Virus record (IMG/VR): IMGVR_UViG_3300020045_006153
Coordinates: 243,550-307,549 of that record
Direction: 5' to 3' (one strand)
Source: a virus
Lineage: Duplodnaviria; Heunggongvirae; Uroviricota; Caudoviricetes
Length of the DNA stretch: 64,000 bases
The notes under the pieces were generated by a model that was not told where the DNA came from, did not search any database, and worked only from the letters and a program-made list of their open reading frames with translations. The translations under genes and the position numbers were made by a program. Positions 17,537 through 26,630 of this stretch are shown here, in pieces. Each line of letters begins with the position of its first letter. Position 1 is the first letter of the stretch.

Positions 17537-17550
17537 TAATATAAACTTAT

Positions 17551-17576
17551 ATAGCACCTTCGGGTGCTATTTTTTT
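17551..17576 (+). terminator. Intrinsic terminator with C(UUCG)G loop
   Basis: ATAGCACC-TTCG-GGTGCTAT followed by a T run. Confidence 0.9.
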
Positions 17577-17589
17577 GAGTAAATACATC

Positions 17590-18105
17590 ATGCCTACACA
17601 ATGGACTTATCCTACTATTATCTCACAATATGCTGAAGTTGAGCAGCATATTCCATGGACTGAATCAAAATTTGATCTAATTAAAAGCAATGACGGACAG
17701 TATCTAACTACTACTAAAGAGTTATTGCATATTTCAAACTTTACAACAAATGATATTAAAATGAAAACTCACTATTTGTTTGTATCAGGGTTTAACTTCG
17801 TAGGGTTACCTAATATTATTAATGGAATTGAGGCAGAAATTAGTATACTACGTGGCGGCAGAATTACAGACGAAACAGTACAATTAATGTTTAATAATGA
17901 GTTTATTAGTGACAATAAAGCAGATTTTCAACTGGATTCTGTAAAAATATACGGTAGTAATATTGATATGTGGGGAACAGAAAATACTATAATTCCTGAT
18001 TTTTCTGATCCATTATTCGGTATCGGAGTTCGGTATCAAAGCCATCCGAGTTGGCCCCATCGTGAAAGTCCTAAACTAGATTACATAAGACTTCGCGTTT
18101 GGTAA
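17590..18105 (+). CDS. Hypothetical late protein (leaderless)
   Basis: TAAATA 17580-17585, then ATG at 17590 (preferred over the TTG at 17575). Confidence 0.7.
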   Translation: MPTQWTYPTIISQYAEVEQHIPWTESKFDLIKSNDGQYLTTTKELLHISNFTTNDIKMKTHYLFVSGFNFVGLPNIINGIEAEISILRGGRITDETVQLMFNNEFISDNKADFQLDSVKIYGSNIDMWGTENTIIPDFSDPLFGIGVRYQSHPSWPHRESPKLDYIRLRVW

Positions 18106-18133
18106 TGGACTAAATACTCTATAAGGACTTGAT

Positions 18134-18424
18134 ATGAGAGCCAGAGAATTTACAATTAACATTCCAATTAACATTAAGATAAACGGAGACGGTGAACCGG
18201 AAATTTCCGCTGATCAAGATGTGGGGACTTTTTCATCTCCTCTTCAACAAAAGTTGGATCTCCTAAAACAGGCCGCAGTGCAATCACAAGATAAAGATGA
18301 CGGCGAACCTGGCACATTTGTTCCACCGTTGCAACAAAAATTAGAATTAATGAAACATGCCGCTGGAAAGAATAGTCCAGTAATTGATCAAATAAAAGCA
18401 GACGACGATAACGAGGCTTCGTAA
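18134..18424 (+). CDS. Small late protein with a duplicated GTFxxPLQQKLxLxKxAA motif
   Basis: TAAATA 18111, SD AAGGA; internal 2x repeat. Confidence 0.7.
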   Translation: MRAREFTINIPINIKINGDGEPEISADQDVGTFSSPLQQKLDLLKQAAVQSQDKDDGEPGTFVPPLQQKLELMKHAAGKNSPVIDQIKADDDNEAS

Positions 18425-18448
18425 CGCCTTAATTAGGAGTAACGGCCC

Positions 18449-21400
18449 GTGCCCATTCAAAAAATAAAATCCGGTAGAATAGTAAAAGTAGATGTTAGCA
18501 CCTATGTAGGTGAATCTGGCATGATTTTCTATGATGAAAAGATTGCAGAACTTCGACTTTCTGACGGTGTAACACCTGGGGGCATTCCGTTTGCATCAGG
18601 TACAAGCACTAGTACCTTTATTGCAGTTACTGCAACTAACACTATATTAGGATTAATAAGAGTAGGTGATGGATTATCAATAGATGGTGATGGAATATTA
18701 TCTGCTATTTCTACTTCTTCATATGTATTACCTATTGCATCTACATCTACATTAGGCGGTTTTAAGTTAGGAGCAAATTTAGTCATTGAGTTAGATGGTA
18801 CCCTCAATGCTTATGCAACCGGCGCAACTGGATATACTGGTTCACAAGGAGATACTGGTGATTTAGGATATACAGGATCACAGGGCACAGGGTTTACTGG
18901 TAGTGCAGGTAGTGGTTTTATCGGCTCGCAAGGCACAACTGGCTTCGTGGGAAGTACTGGCTTTATCGGTTCACAAGGCAATATCGGCTTTGTAGGTTCA
19001 CAAGGCACGACTGGCTTTATCGGCTCGCAAGGAAATATCGGCTTTGTGGGTAGTACTGGCTTTATTGGTAGTACTGGCACAACTGGCTTTATTGGCTCAC
19101 AAGGAACAACTGGTTTCGTGGGATCACAAGGAAATATTGGATTTGTAGGAAGTATTGGCTTTATTGGCTCACAAGGCACGACTGGTTTTGTAGGTAGTAC
19201 TGGCTTCGTAGGTTCACAAGGTGATATTGGCTTTGTTGGAAGTATTGGCTTCGTGGGTTCACAAGGCACAACTGGTTTCGTAGGTAGTACTGGTTTTATT
19301 GGTAGTACTGGTACAACTGGTTTCAATGGCTCACAAGGCACAACTGGATTTATTGGTAGTACTGGTACAACTGGCTTTGTAGGGTCACAAGGAAATATTG
19401 GATTTGTAGGAAGTATTGGCTTTATTGGCTCACAAGGAACAACTGGTTTCGTGGGATCACAAGGCACTACTGGCTTTATCGGTTCACAGGGCGATATTGG
19501 CTTTGTTGGAAGTATTGGCTTCGTGGGATCACAAGGAACAACTGGTTTTATCGGTTCACAAGGAAATATTGGCTTTGTAGGAAGTACTGGTTTCGTAGGT
19601 TCACAAGGAACAACTGGTTTTAATGGTTCACAGGGCGATATTGGCTTTGTTGGAAGTATTGGCTTCGTGGGATCACAAGGCACTACTGGCTTTATCGGTT
19701 CACAGGGTGATATTGGCTTTATTGGTTCACAAGGAAATATTGGTTTTGTGGGAAGTATCGGCTTTGTCGGCTCACAAGGCACTACTGGTTTTATCGGCTC
19801 ACAAGGCACTACTGGTTTTGTAGGTAGTACTGGATTTATTGGTAGTACTGGTACAACTGGTTTTATCGGCTCACACGGCACTACTGGTTTTGTAGGTAGT
19901 ACTGGTTTTGTAGGAAGTACTGGTTTCGTAGGAAGTGTTGGCTTTGTGGGTTCACAAGGCACTACTGGTTTCGTAGGTAGTACTGGTATAACTGGTTTCG
20001 TGGGATCACAAGGCACTACTGGCTTTATTGGCTCACAGGGAACAACTGGTTTCAATGGATCACAAGGAACAACTGGTTTCAATGGATCACAAGGCACTAC
20101 TGGTTTTGTAGGTAGTATTGGCTTTGTTGGTAGTACTGGCTTTGTGGGTTCACAAGGCGATATTGGTTTTATTGGCTCACAAGGAAATCTTGGCTTTGTA
20201 GGTAGTACTGGCTTTATTGGTAGTACTGGTACAACTGGTTTCGTAGGTTCGCAAGGAACAACTGGATTTGTAGGATCACAAGGAAATATTGGATTTGTAG
20301 GTAGTACTGGATTTGTAGGCAGTACTGGTACAACTGGATTTGTAGGATCACAAGGAAATGTTGGCTTCGTAGGATCACAAGGAAATATTGGATTTGTAGG
20401 TAGTACTGGATTTATTGGCAGTACTGGTAGTACTGGTTTCAATGGATCACAGGGCACAACTGGTTTTGTAGGTAGTATTGGCTTCGTAGGTTCACAAGGA
20501 ACAACTGGCTTTGTAGGTAGTACTGGTTTCGTAGGTTCACAAGGAACAACTGGCTTTATTGGCTCACAAGGAAATATCGGCTTTGTAGGTAGTACTGGTT
20601 TCAATGGTTCACAAGGAACAACTGGCTTTGTAGGTAGTACTGGTTTCGTAGGTTCACAAGGAACAACTGGCTTTATTGGCTCACAAGGAAATATCGGCTT
20701 TGTAGGTAGTACTGGTTTCAATGGATCACAGGGCACAACTGGTTTTGTAGGTAGTATTGGCTTTGTAGGTTCACAAGGAACAACTGGCTTTGTAGGTAGT
20801 ACTGGTTTCGTAGGTTCACAAGGAACAACTGGCTTTATTGGTAGTACTGGTTTCGTAGGTTCACAAGGAAATATTGGATTTGTAGGTAGTACTGGTTTCA
20901 ATGGATCACAGGGCACAACTGGTTTTGTAGGTAGTATTGGCTTTGTAGGCTCACAAGGAAATATCGGATTTGTAGGTAGTACTGGTTTTAATGGTTCACA
21001 GGGAACAACTGGTTTCGTAGGTAGTTTAGGATATACTGGATCTGCTGCTGAAAACAGTACAGCAACTAACGGAATGGCAATTACATTACAACAGCCTGGT
21101 GGATTACCTACTGTTGGTACATGGACCGGAGCAATTAATATATCTGACACAACATTAGTAACTGATGCTATAGAAAGTTTTAATCAGTTATTGGGGTTGT
21201 TAGTTCCAACTGCGCCACCTGATTTGAGTACAGGTATTATTTCTATTACATCAGTTGGTTCTTCTCCGTTAAAAGCATCTGGATCTGCTCCTGATAACAC
21301 AAGTGGAGGAACTATTCCAACTTCACCTAATACTGCTGGCAATACTGTAATTGTTTCAAATGTATCTGGAAGATTAACTGCTGCCTCGGCCCTTACTAAT

Positions 21401-22711
21401 GTACTAACCTTAAAAGGGTCAGGCTCTCAAGGAACACTTGCAGTTTCTGTTAACGGAAGCACTATTGGAAATACATTAACTCCATTTACTTTATCTACTG
21501 CAACGAGTTCTCAATCAGTTGGAGCCGCATTAATGACAGTAAGGGCATGGTATCCAACTACTACTCCTGGATTTTGGATATCATTTAGTATACAAGCAGC
21601 ACCTACTACATTTGCACAAGGGTGGAATCGTGTACAAATTACTCATACTATTTCTGGTAATACAAATGAATTTTATGTCCTACGAGATAATATCACCGCC
21701 ACACCTGTGTTAAATGGAACTGTTACGTTAGTCGAAGTAGGAACACCAACATATGCATATTCGTCAAATGTTCCGCATTATGGAGATACCACCGCAGCAT
21801 TAACAATCAGCGGATCAGTTATGTCAAATATTGCAGGAGAGACATATTATAACGGAAATCCGTTATCACTACTCGGTACAAATTCAATCACAACAACCCA
21901 GGCTAAATCATATGCTACTATAGGAGTTACTACTCCTGTTGCAAGACAAACTATTTCAACAACATTAACAGATCAAACTATTAATATTGATGGAACAAAT
22001 GTACATACTTCTGGAACTATTCAAGGTACTGCAACTAATGTAAACGGCTCAAGTGCTGCGACTAACATGACAACTACAGTAGTAAACGTTATGAGAGGTA
22101 CTGCTACTAGTAAACTTAATGAACAATCTATCACAGTTAGTGGATTAGGTACTTCGCCTAATTCGTTACCTGCAAAGCGAATAGGCGGGCTAACAAATGC
22201 TGATCAACCTTCCATGTCAACTGGCACTACTTGGATTAGTTCGGCAACGATAAATACTTATGATGCTGCGATAGTAGCCGGAATATTGAGTGCAAATCAG
22301 ACAAATTATTCTACAGGATATCTGCCTGTAGGTCCTAATTTAAGTGCAAGACAAGCAGCGCAATATGTAACATTTAATTTCCAGAGAGATTCTCGCAGTA
22401 ATTTTAATATTGTTATTACCGGAACATATGCTGGGTGCTGGATAGGGTTACCTGGTATATCCAGCGCAACATCAACAACAGGATGGTGGAATATGTTTGT
22501 AGCGTATAGTGGATCAGGAGTACCGGGCGACTCAGTAGGCGGAAACGGAAGTAATGGATGTGCATCAGGTACAGTAATGGCTGGTGCAAGCGGAACATAC
22601 TTGTGTACATTTGGCACACAAAGTTCTACAAATAGCACAGGAAATAATATTGTTGTAAGATTTAAATTGAATGCAGGTCAGAGTATTACTGCCCTAAGCT
22701 TCACTAACTAA
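18449..22711 (+). CDS. Collagen-like fibre protein (~740-residue Gly-X-Y tract) with N-terminal attachment domain and Ser/Thr-rich C-terminal beta domains
   Basis: GTG start with AGGAG SD; GESGMIFYD..LRLSDGVTPGG N-terminal motif seen in phage fibres; Gly-X-Y repeat at 18821-21043. Confidence 0.8.
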   Translation: MPIQKIKSGRIVKVDVSTYVGESGMIFYDEKIAELRLSDGVTPGGIPFASGTSTSTFIAVTATNTILGLIRVGDGLSIDGDGILSAISTSSYVLPIASTSTLGGFKLGANLVIELDGTLNAYATGATGYTGSQGDTGDLGYTGSQGTGFTGSAGSGFIGSQGTTGFVGSTGFIGSQGNIGFVGSQGTTGFIGSQGNIGFVGSTGFIGSTGTTGFIGSQGTTGFVGSQGNIGFVGSIGFIGSQGTTGFVGSTGFVGSQGDIGFVGSIGFVGSQGTTGFVGSTGFIGSTGTTGFNGSQGTTGFIGSTGTTGFVGSQGNIGFVGSIGFIGSQGTTGFVGSQGTTGFIGSQGDIGFVGSIGFVGSQGTTGFIGSQGNIGFVGSTGFVGSQGTTGFNGSQGDIGFVGSIGFVGSQGTTGFIGSQGDIGFIGSQGNIGFVGSIGFVGSQGTTGFIGSQGTTGFVGSTGFIGSTGTTGFIGSHGTTGFVGSTGFVGSTGFVGSVGFVGSQGTTGFVGSTGITGFVGSQGTTGFIGSQGTTGFNGSQGTTGFNGSQGTTGFVGSIGFVGSTGFVGSQGDIGFIGSQGNLGFVGSTGFIGSTGTTGFVGSQGTTGFVGSQGNIGFVGSTGFVGSTGTTGFVGSQGNVGFVGSQGNIGFVGSTGFIGSTGSTGFNGSQGTTGFVGSIGFVGSQGTTGFVGSTGFVGSQGTTGFIGSQGNIGFVGSTGFNGSQGTTGFVGSTGFVGSQGTTGFIGSQGNIGFVGSTGFNGSQGTTGFVGSIGFVGSQGTTGFVGSTGFVGSQGTTGFIGSTGFVGSQGNIGFVGSTGFNGSQGTTGFVGSIGFVGSQGNIGFVGSTGFNGSQGTTGFVGSLGYTGSAAENSTATNGMAITLQQPGGLPTVGTWTGAINISDTTLVTDAIESFNQLLGLLVPTAPPDLSTGIISITSVGSSPLKASGSAPDNTSGGTIPTSPNTAGNTVIVSNVSGRLTAASALTNVLTLKGSGSQGTLAVSVNGSTIGNTLTPFTLSTATSSQSVGAALMTVRAWYPTTTPGFWISFSIQAAPTTFAQGWNRVQITHTISGNTNEFYVLRDNITATPVLNGTVTLVEVGTPTYAYSSNVPHYGDTTAALTISGSVMSNIAGETYYNGNPLSLLGTNSITTTQAKSYATIGVTTPVARQTISTTLTDQTINIDGTNVHTSGTIQGTATNVNGSSAATNMTTTVVNVMRGTATSKLNEQSITVSGLGTSPNSLPAKRIGGLTNADQPSMSTGTTWISSATINTYDAAIVAGILSANQTNYSTGYLPVGPNLSARQAAQYVTFNFQRDSRSNFNIVITGTYAGCWIGLPGISSATSTTGWWNMFVAYSGSGVPGDSVGGNGSNGCASGTVMAGASGTYLCTFGTQSSTNSTGNNIVVRFKLNAGQSITALSFTN
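18821..21043 (+). repeat. Coding tandem repeat of 18- and 27-nt units (GF[VIN]GS[TI] / GF[VIN]GSQG[TND][TI])
   Basis: Directly visible degenerate array, e.g. ggttttgtaggttcacaaggaacaact. Confidence 0.95.
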
Positions 22712-22721
22712 GGATTAGCAG

Positions 22722-25700
22722 ATGGCAATTAGTACACTTACACAAGTTGACTACTTATGGAAAAAGGTTATTTATGGAGTTTCAAAGTCTGATTCAGCGA
22801 CTGCAAAATCTGGTAGTAACGAAACAATCCCTAGTCCAATTACTGTATACTCGTCTAGTATATGGACTCAATCAGATAGTGCAAGCATTCCGCCAACACC
22901 TCCAGCAAGCACATCTACTACTGTTATATTGTATCAAGGCGCTAATAGAATACAAGCAATTGCAGATGCTACATCTGGTACTACAGGTAACAGACCAACA
23001 TGGAATACAAATTTAACTAATTGGGTTCCTCCTACTTTTGGGTCAGGGTATGCAGTTGCAGTATTCTTAGGAGATCCTCAAACAACCGGTGTACAAATAT
23101 TTCCAGACACTACTAATAATGAATGGGTATTTGATTACACCGCTGGTGTATTAAACTTTGCAGCATCATTGCCTACTGGTAATGCACAATGGGTAAACGG
23201 AGTATACATTCGTGGATATAGATATATCGGTAATACAGGAGTAGGCCATACTGTATCAGTTACTAATACATCAACTTCTCAATATATTTCATTTATAAGT
23301 ACATCAACCGGTACTCATTCTGCTGAATTTATTAGTACTGGTTTAACATTTAATCCTGCTACTAATGCATTATCGATTAATGGAGCAGGATTATATATAA
23401 ATGGTTGGCAAATTAGTACAGCAACAGGATTTACTGGTAGTATCGGCTTTGTTGGATCACAGGGAACAACTGGTTTCGTAGGATCACAGGGAAGTACTGG
23501 CTTTATTGGATCACAGGGAAGTACTGGTTTCGTAGGTTCACAAGGAAGTACTGGTTTCGTAGGATCACAGGGAAATATTGGCTTTGTAGGAAGTACTGGC
23601 ACAACTGGATTCGTAGGTAGTATCGGCTTTGTAGGAAGTACTGGCACAACTGGCTTTGTTGGATCACAAGGAACAACTGGATTCGTAGGTAGTATCGGCT
23701 TTGTAGGAAGTACTGGCACAACTGGCTTTGTTGGATCACAAGGAACAACTGGATTTGTAGGAAGTACTGGTTTCAATGGATCACAAGGCACAACTGGATT
23801 TGTTGGATCACAAGGAACAACTGGATTCGTAGGTAGTATCGGCTTTGTAGGAAGTACTGGCACAACTGGATTTATTGGTAGTACTGGCACAACTGGTTTT
23901 GTAGGTTCACAAGGAACAACTGGTTTTGTAGGAAGTATCGGCTTTGTTGGATCACAAGGAACAACTGGATTTGTAGGTTCACAGGGAAATATTGGCTTTG
24001 TTGGATCACAAGGAACAACTGGATTCGTAGGTAGTATCGGCTTTGTAGGAAGTACTGGCACAACTGGATTTATTGGTAGTACTGGCACAACTGGATTTGT
24101 AGGTTCACAAGGAACAACTGGTTTTGTAGGAAGTATCGGCTTTGTTGGATCACAAGGAACAACTGGTTTTGTAGGAAGTACTGGATTTATTGGTAGTACT
24201 GGCACAACTGGATTTGTAGGTTCACAAGGAACAACTGGTTTTGTAGGTTCACAAGGCACAACTGGATTTGTAGGTTCACAAGGCACAACTGGATTTGTAG
24301 GAAGTACTGGCTTTGTGGGTTCACAGGGAACAACTGGTTTCGTAGGTAGTATTGGCTTTATTGGTAGTACTGGTACAACTGGTTTCGTAGGTTCACAGGG
24401 AACAACTGGTTTTGTAGGAAGTATTGGTTTTGTAGGTTCACAAGGAACAACTGGTTTTGTTGGTAGTACTGGCTTTATTGGTAGTACTGGCACAACTGGC
24501 TTTGTTGGTTCACAAGGCCCTACTACCCCTGCTACACCGTATGTAATTGGTGCTATATTTGGATATACTCCGCCCGCTATTACTACTGGAACAGTTACAT
24601 TAGGATATCAGGCAGGCAATGTGTCAATGACTGGTGTACACAACATTGCACTTGGTGTATGCTCTTTAATAAGTAATTCTAGTGGTTGCGGTAATGTTGC
24701 TATAGGATTTCGTGCACTAAGTGACACTACTCTTGGATCATTGAACACTGCAATAGGATGTTATGCCCTTGCTAATAATACAACTGGCGGGAACAATATT
24801 GCTATTGGACCATATGCATTATGTGGAAACAATAACGGATCTGGCAATGTTGCAATGGGATATGGTGCACTTCGAAGCAACACGATTGGTAGTAATAATT
24901 TTGCAGTAGGTACTGTTGCGTTGGCTGTTAATACAAGCGGCCGAAACAACGTTGCAATTGGATATTGTGCACTTCGATGCAATTCTAGTGGTTGTAATAA
25001 TGTTGCTATTGGATATGGTACAATGTGTTCAAACACTACTGGCAGTAGTAATTTTGCAGTAGGTATTAACGCTCTTGCTTTTAATACAGCAGGCGGCGGC
25101 AATGTTGCATTGGGACCAGGCGCATTAAGCGGTAATTCGTTAGGAAATAATAATGTTGCAATTGGCGGGAGCGCACTAGGAGGTAACACATCAGGAAGTA
25201 ATAATGTTGCAATTGGGTCTAACTCTCTTCGATGCAATTCGAGTGGAAATAATAATTTTGCAGCAGGCTATTGCGCTCTTAGATGCAATACATCAGGAAG
25301 TAATAATGTTGCAATTGGTTATGGTGCAATGTGTGCAACTACTTCGGGAATCAACAATTTTGCAATAGGTGTATATTCTCTTGCTAATAATTTAACTGGT
25401 GTTAGTAACATTTCGATTGGTGCATATTCATTAAATAACAATTCTTTTGGAAACAATAACGTAGCATTAGGCGACGGCGCCTTAACATGCAACATAACAG
25501 GTAATAACAATATTGCAGTAGGAGTAGCAGCACTACGAAATAATGCAAGTGGTATTAATAATATTGCAATAGGTATTAACGCAGGGTGTTTATTAATTAC
25601 CGGTAATAATAATACTGTTATTGGTATATTGCCGGCAGCAGCAGGGTGTGTATGCACTGTATTAATCGGCGCTGGTGCATGCGAACGTGTGCGAGTTGAT

Positions 25701-26627
25701 GATAGCGGATTATATGTTAATAATTCATTATGGTGCAATACCGGATTTGTAGGTTCACAGGGCACAACTGGTTTTGTAGGAAGTACTGGTTTCAATGGAT
25801 CACAGGGCACAACTGGATTTGTAGGTTCAATTGGATTTGTGGGATCACAAGGCACAACTGGATTTGTAGGTTCAATTGGATTTGTGGGATCACAAGGCAC
25901 AACTGGATTTGTAGGTTCAATTGGTTTTGTAGGTTCACAAGGAACAACTGGTTTTGTAGGAAGTACTGGTTTCAATGGATCACAGGGAACAACTGGTTTT
26001 GTAGGTTCAATTGGATTTGTGGGATCACAAGGCCCGTCTACTGCAATTAATGCAACTAACGATAATACATCTACTATATTATATCCAGTAATGCTCAATG
26101 CTGCTGGATCTAATCAAACTCCCAAAGTTGACACAAGTGCATTAATATTTAATGCTCTTAGCAATGTGTTAACAGTTAATGGTACATCGACTTCTACTAG
26201 TACAACTACTGGTGCATTAATTGTTTCTGGAGGAGTTGGAGTTGGCGGCAACTTAACAGTAGGCGGCACCGGTTCATTTACTTCTAATGGTGTTATTGTC
26301 GGTAATAGTTTAATAAGTTCATTTACTAGCACTGTAATTGCTTCATCATCGACTCAAAATTTAGATACATTTACAACGTCAACTTATCGGACTGTGCGCT
26401 ATATATGGCAAATTGTTGATGGTATAAAAGTTCATATAAGTGAGATGACAATGTTTCACAATAATACTATCGTGTTTAAAAATGAATACGGTGTTAGTTC
26501 AAGTGTAGGCGAACTAGGAACATTTGATGCAACTCTTGCTGCAGGAATAATTACATTAACATTTACACCGAATTATCTACCAACATCTATGATTATAAAA
26601 GGTAACAGAGTATCAATTACTACTTAA
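22722..26627 (+). CDS. Fibre protein with two collagen-like tracts, NxAIG beta-roll (YadA-head-like) repeats and a C-terminal adaptor domain
   Basis: Gly-X-Y at 23427-24518 and 25743-26033; 14-residue NxA[IV]GxxAL repeats at about 24590-25630. Confidence 0.8.
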   Translation: MAISTLTQVDYLWKKVIYGVSKSDSATAKSGSNETIPSPITVYSSSIWTQSDSASIPPTPPASTSTTVILYQGANRIQAIADATSGTTGNRPTWNTNLTNWVPPTFGSGYAVAVFLGDPQTTGVQIFPDTTNNEWVFDYTAGVLNFAASLPTGNAQWVNGVYIRGYRYIGNTGVGHTVSVTNTSTSQYISFISTSTGTHSAEFISTGLTFNPATNALSINGAGLYINGWQISTATGFTGSIGFVGSQGTTGFVGSQGSTGFIGSQGSTGFVGSQGSTGFVGSQGNIGFVGSTGTTGFVGSIGFVGSTGTTGFVGSQGTTGFVGSIGFVGSTGTTGFVGSQGTTGFVGSTGFNGSQGTTGFVGSQGTTGFVGSIGFVGSTGTTGFIGSTGTTGFVGSQGTTGFVGSIGFVGSQGTTGFVGSQGNIGFVGSQGTTGFVGSIGFVGSTGTTGFIGSTGTTGFVGSQGTTGFVGSIGFVGSQGTTGFVGSTGFIGSTGTTGFVGSQGTTGFVGSQGTTGFVGSQGTTGFVGSTGFVGSQGTTGFVGSIGFIGSTGTTGFVGSQGTTGFVGSIGFVGSQGTTGFVGSTGFIGSTGTTGFVGSQGPTTPATPYVIGAIFGYTPPAITTGTVTLGYQAGNVSMTGVHNIALGVCSLISNSSGCGNVAIGFRALSDTTLGSLNTAIGCYALANNTTGGNNIAIGPYALCGNNNGSGNVAMGYGALRSNTIGSNNFAVGTVALAVNTSGRNNVAIGYCALRCNSSGCNNVAIGYGTMCSNTTGSSNFAVGINALAFNTAGGGNVALGPGALSGNSLGNNNVAIGGSALGGNTSGSNNVAIGSNSLRCNSSGNNNFAAGYCALRCNTSGSNNVAIGYGAMCATTSGINNFAIGVYSLANNLTGVSNISIGAYSLNNNSFGNNNVALGDGALTCNITGNNNIAVGVAALRNNASGINNIAIGINAGCLLITGNNNTVIGILPAAAGCVCTVLIGAGACERVRVDDSGLYVNNSLWCNTGFVGSQGTTGFVGSTGFNGSQGTTGFVGSIGFVGSQGTTGFVGSIGFVGSQGTTGFVGSIGFVGSQGTTGFVGSTGFNGSQGTTGFVGSIGFVGSQGPSTAINATNDNTSTILYPVMLNAAGSNQTPKVDTSALIFNALSNVLTVNGTSTSTSTTTGALIVSGGVGVGGNLTVGGTGSFTSNGVIVGNSLISSFTSTVIASSSTQNLDTFTTSTYRTVRYIWQIVDGIKVHISEMTMFHNNTIVFKNEYGVSSSVGELGTFDATLAAGIITLTFTPNYLPTSMIIKGNRVSITT
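23427..24518 (+). repeat. Collagen-like coding tandem repeat (same units as 18821-21043)
   Basis: Directly visible. Confidence 0.95.
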
Positions 26628-26630
26628 TAT

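Noticed and set aside
18811-21150. Long Pro/Val/Cys-rich - strand ORFs (also 23315-24493, 25319-26098, 31503-32978, 33498-34670)
   Set aside because: Shadow frames created by the Gly-codon periodicity of the + strand fibre repeats; no SD or promoter, and boundaries track the repeats.
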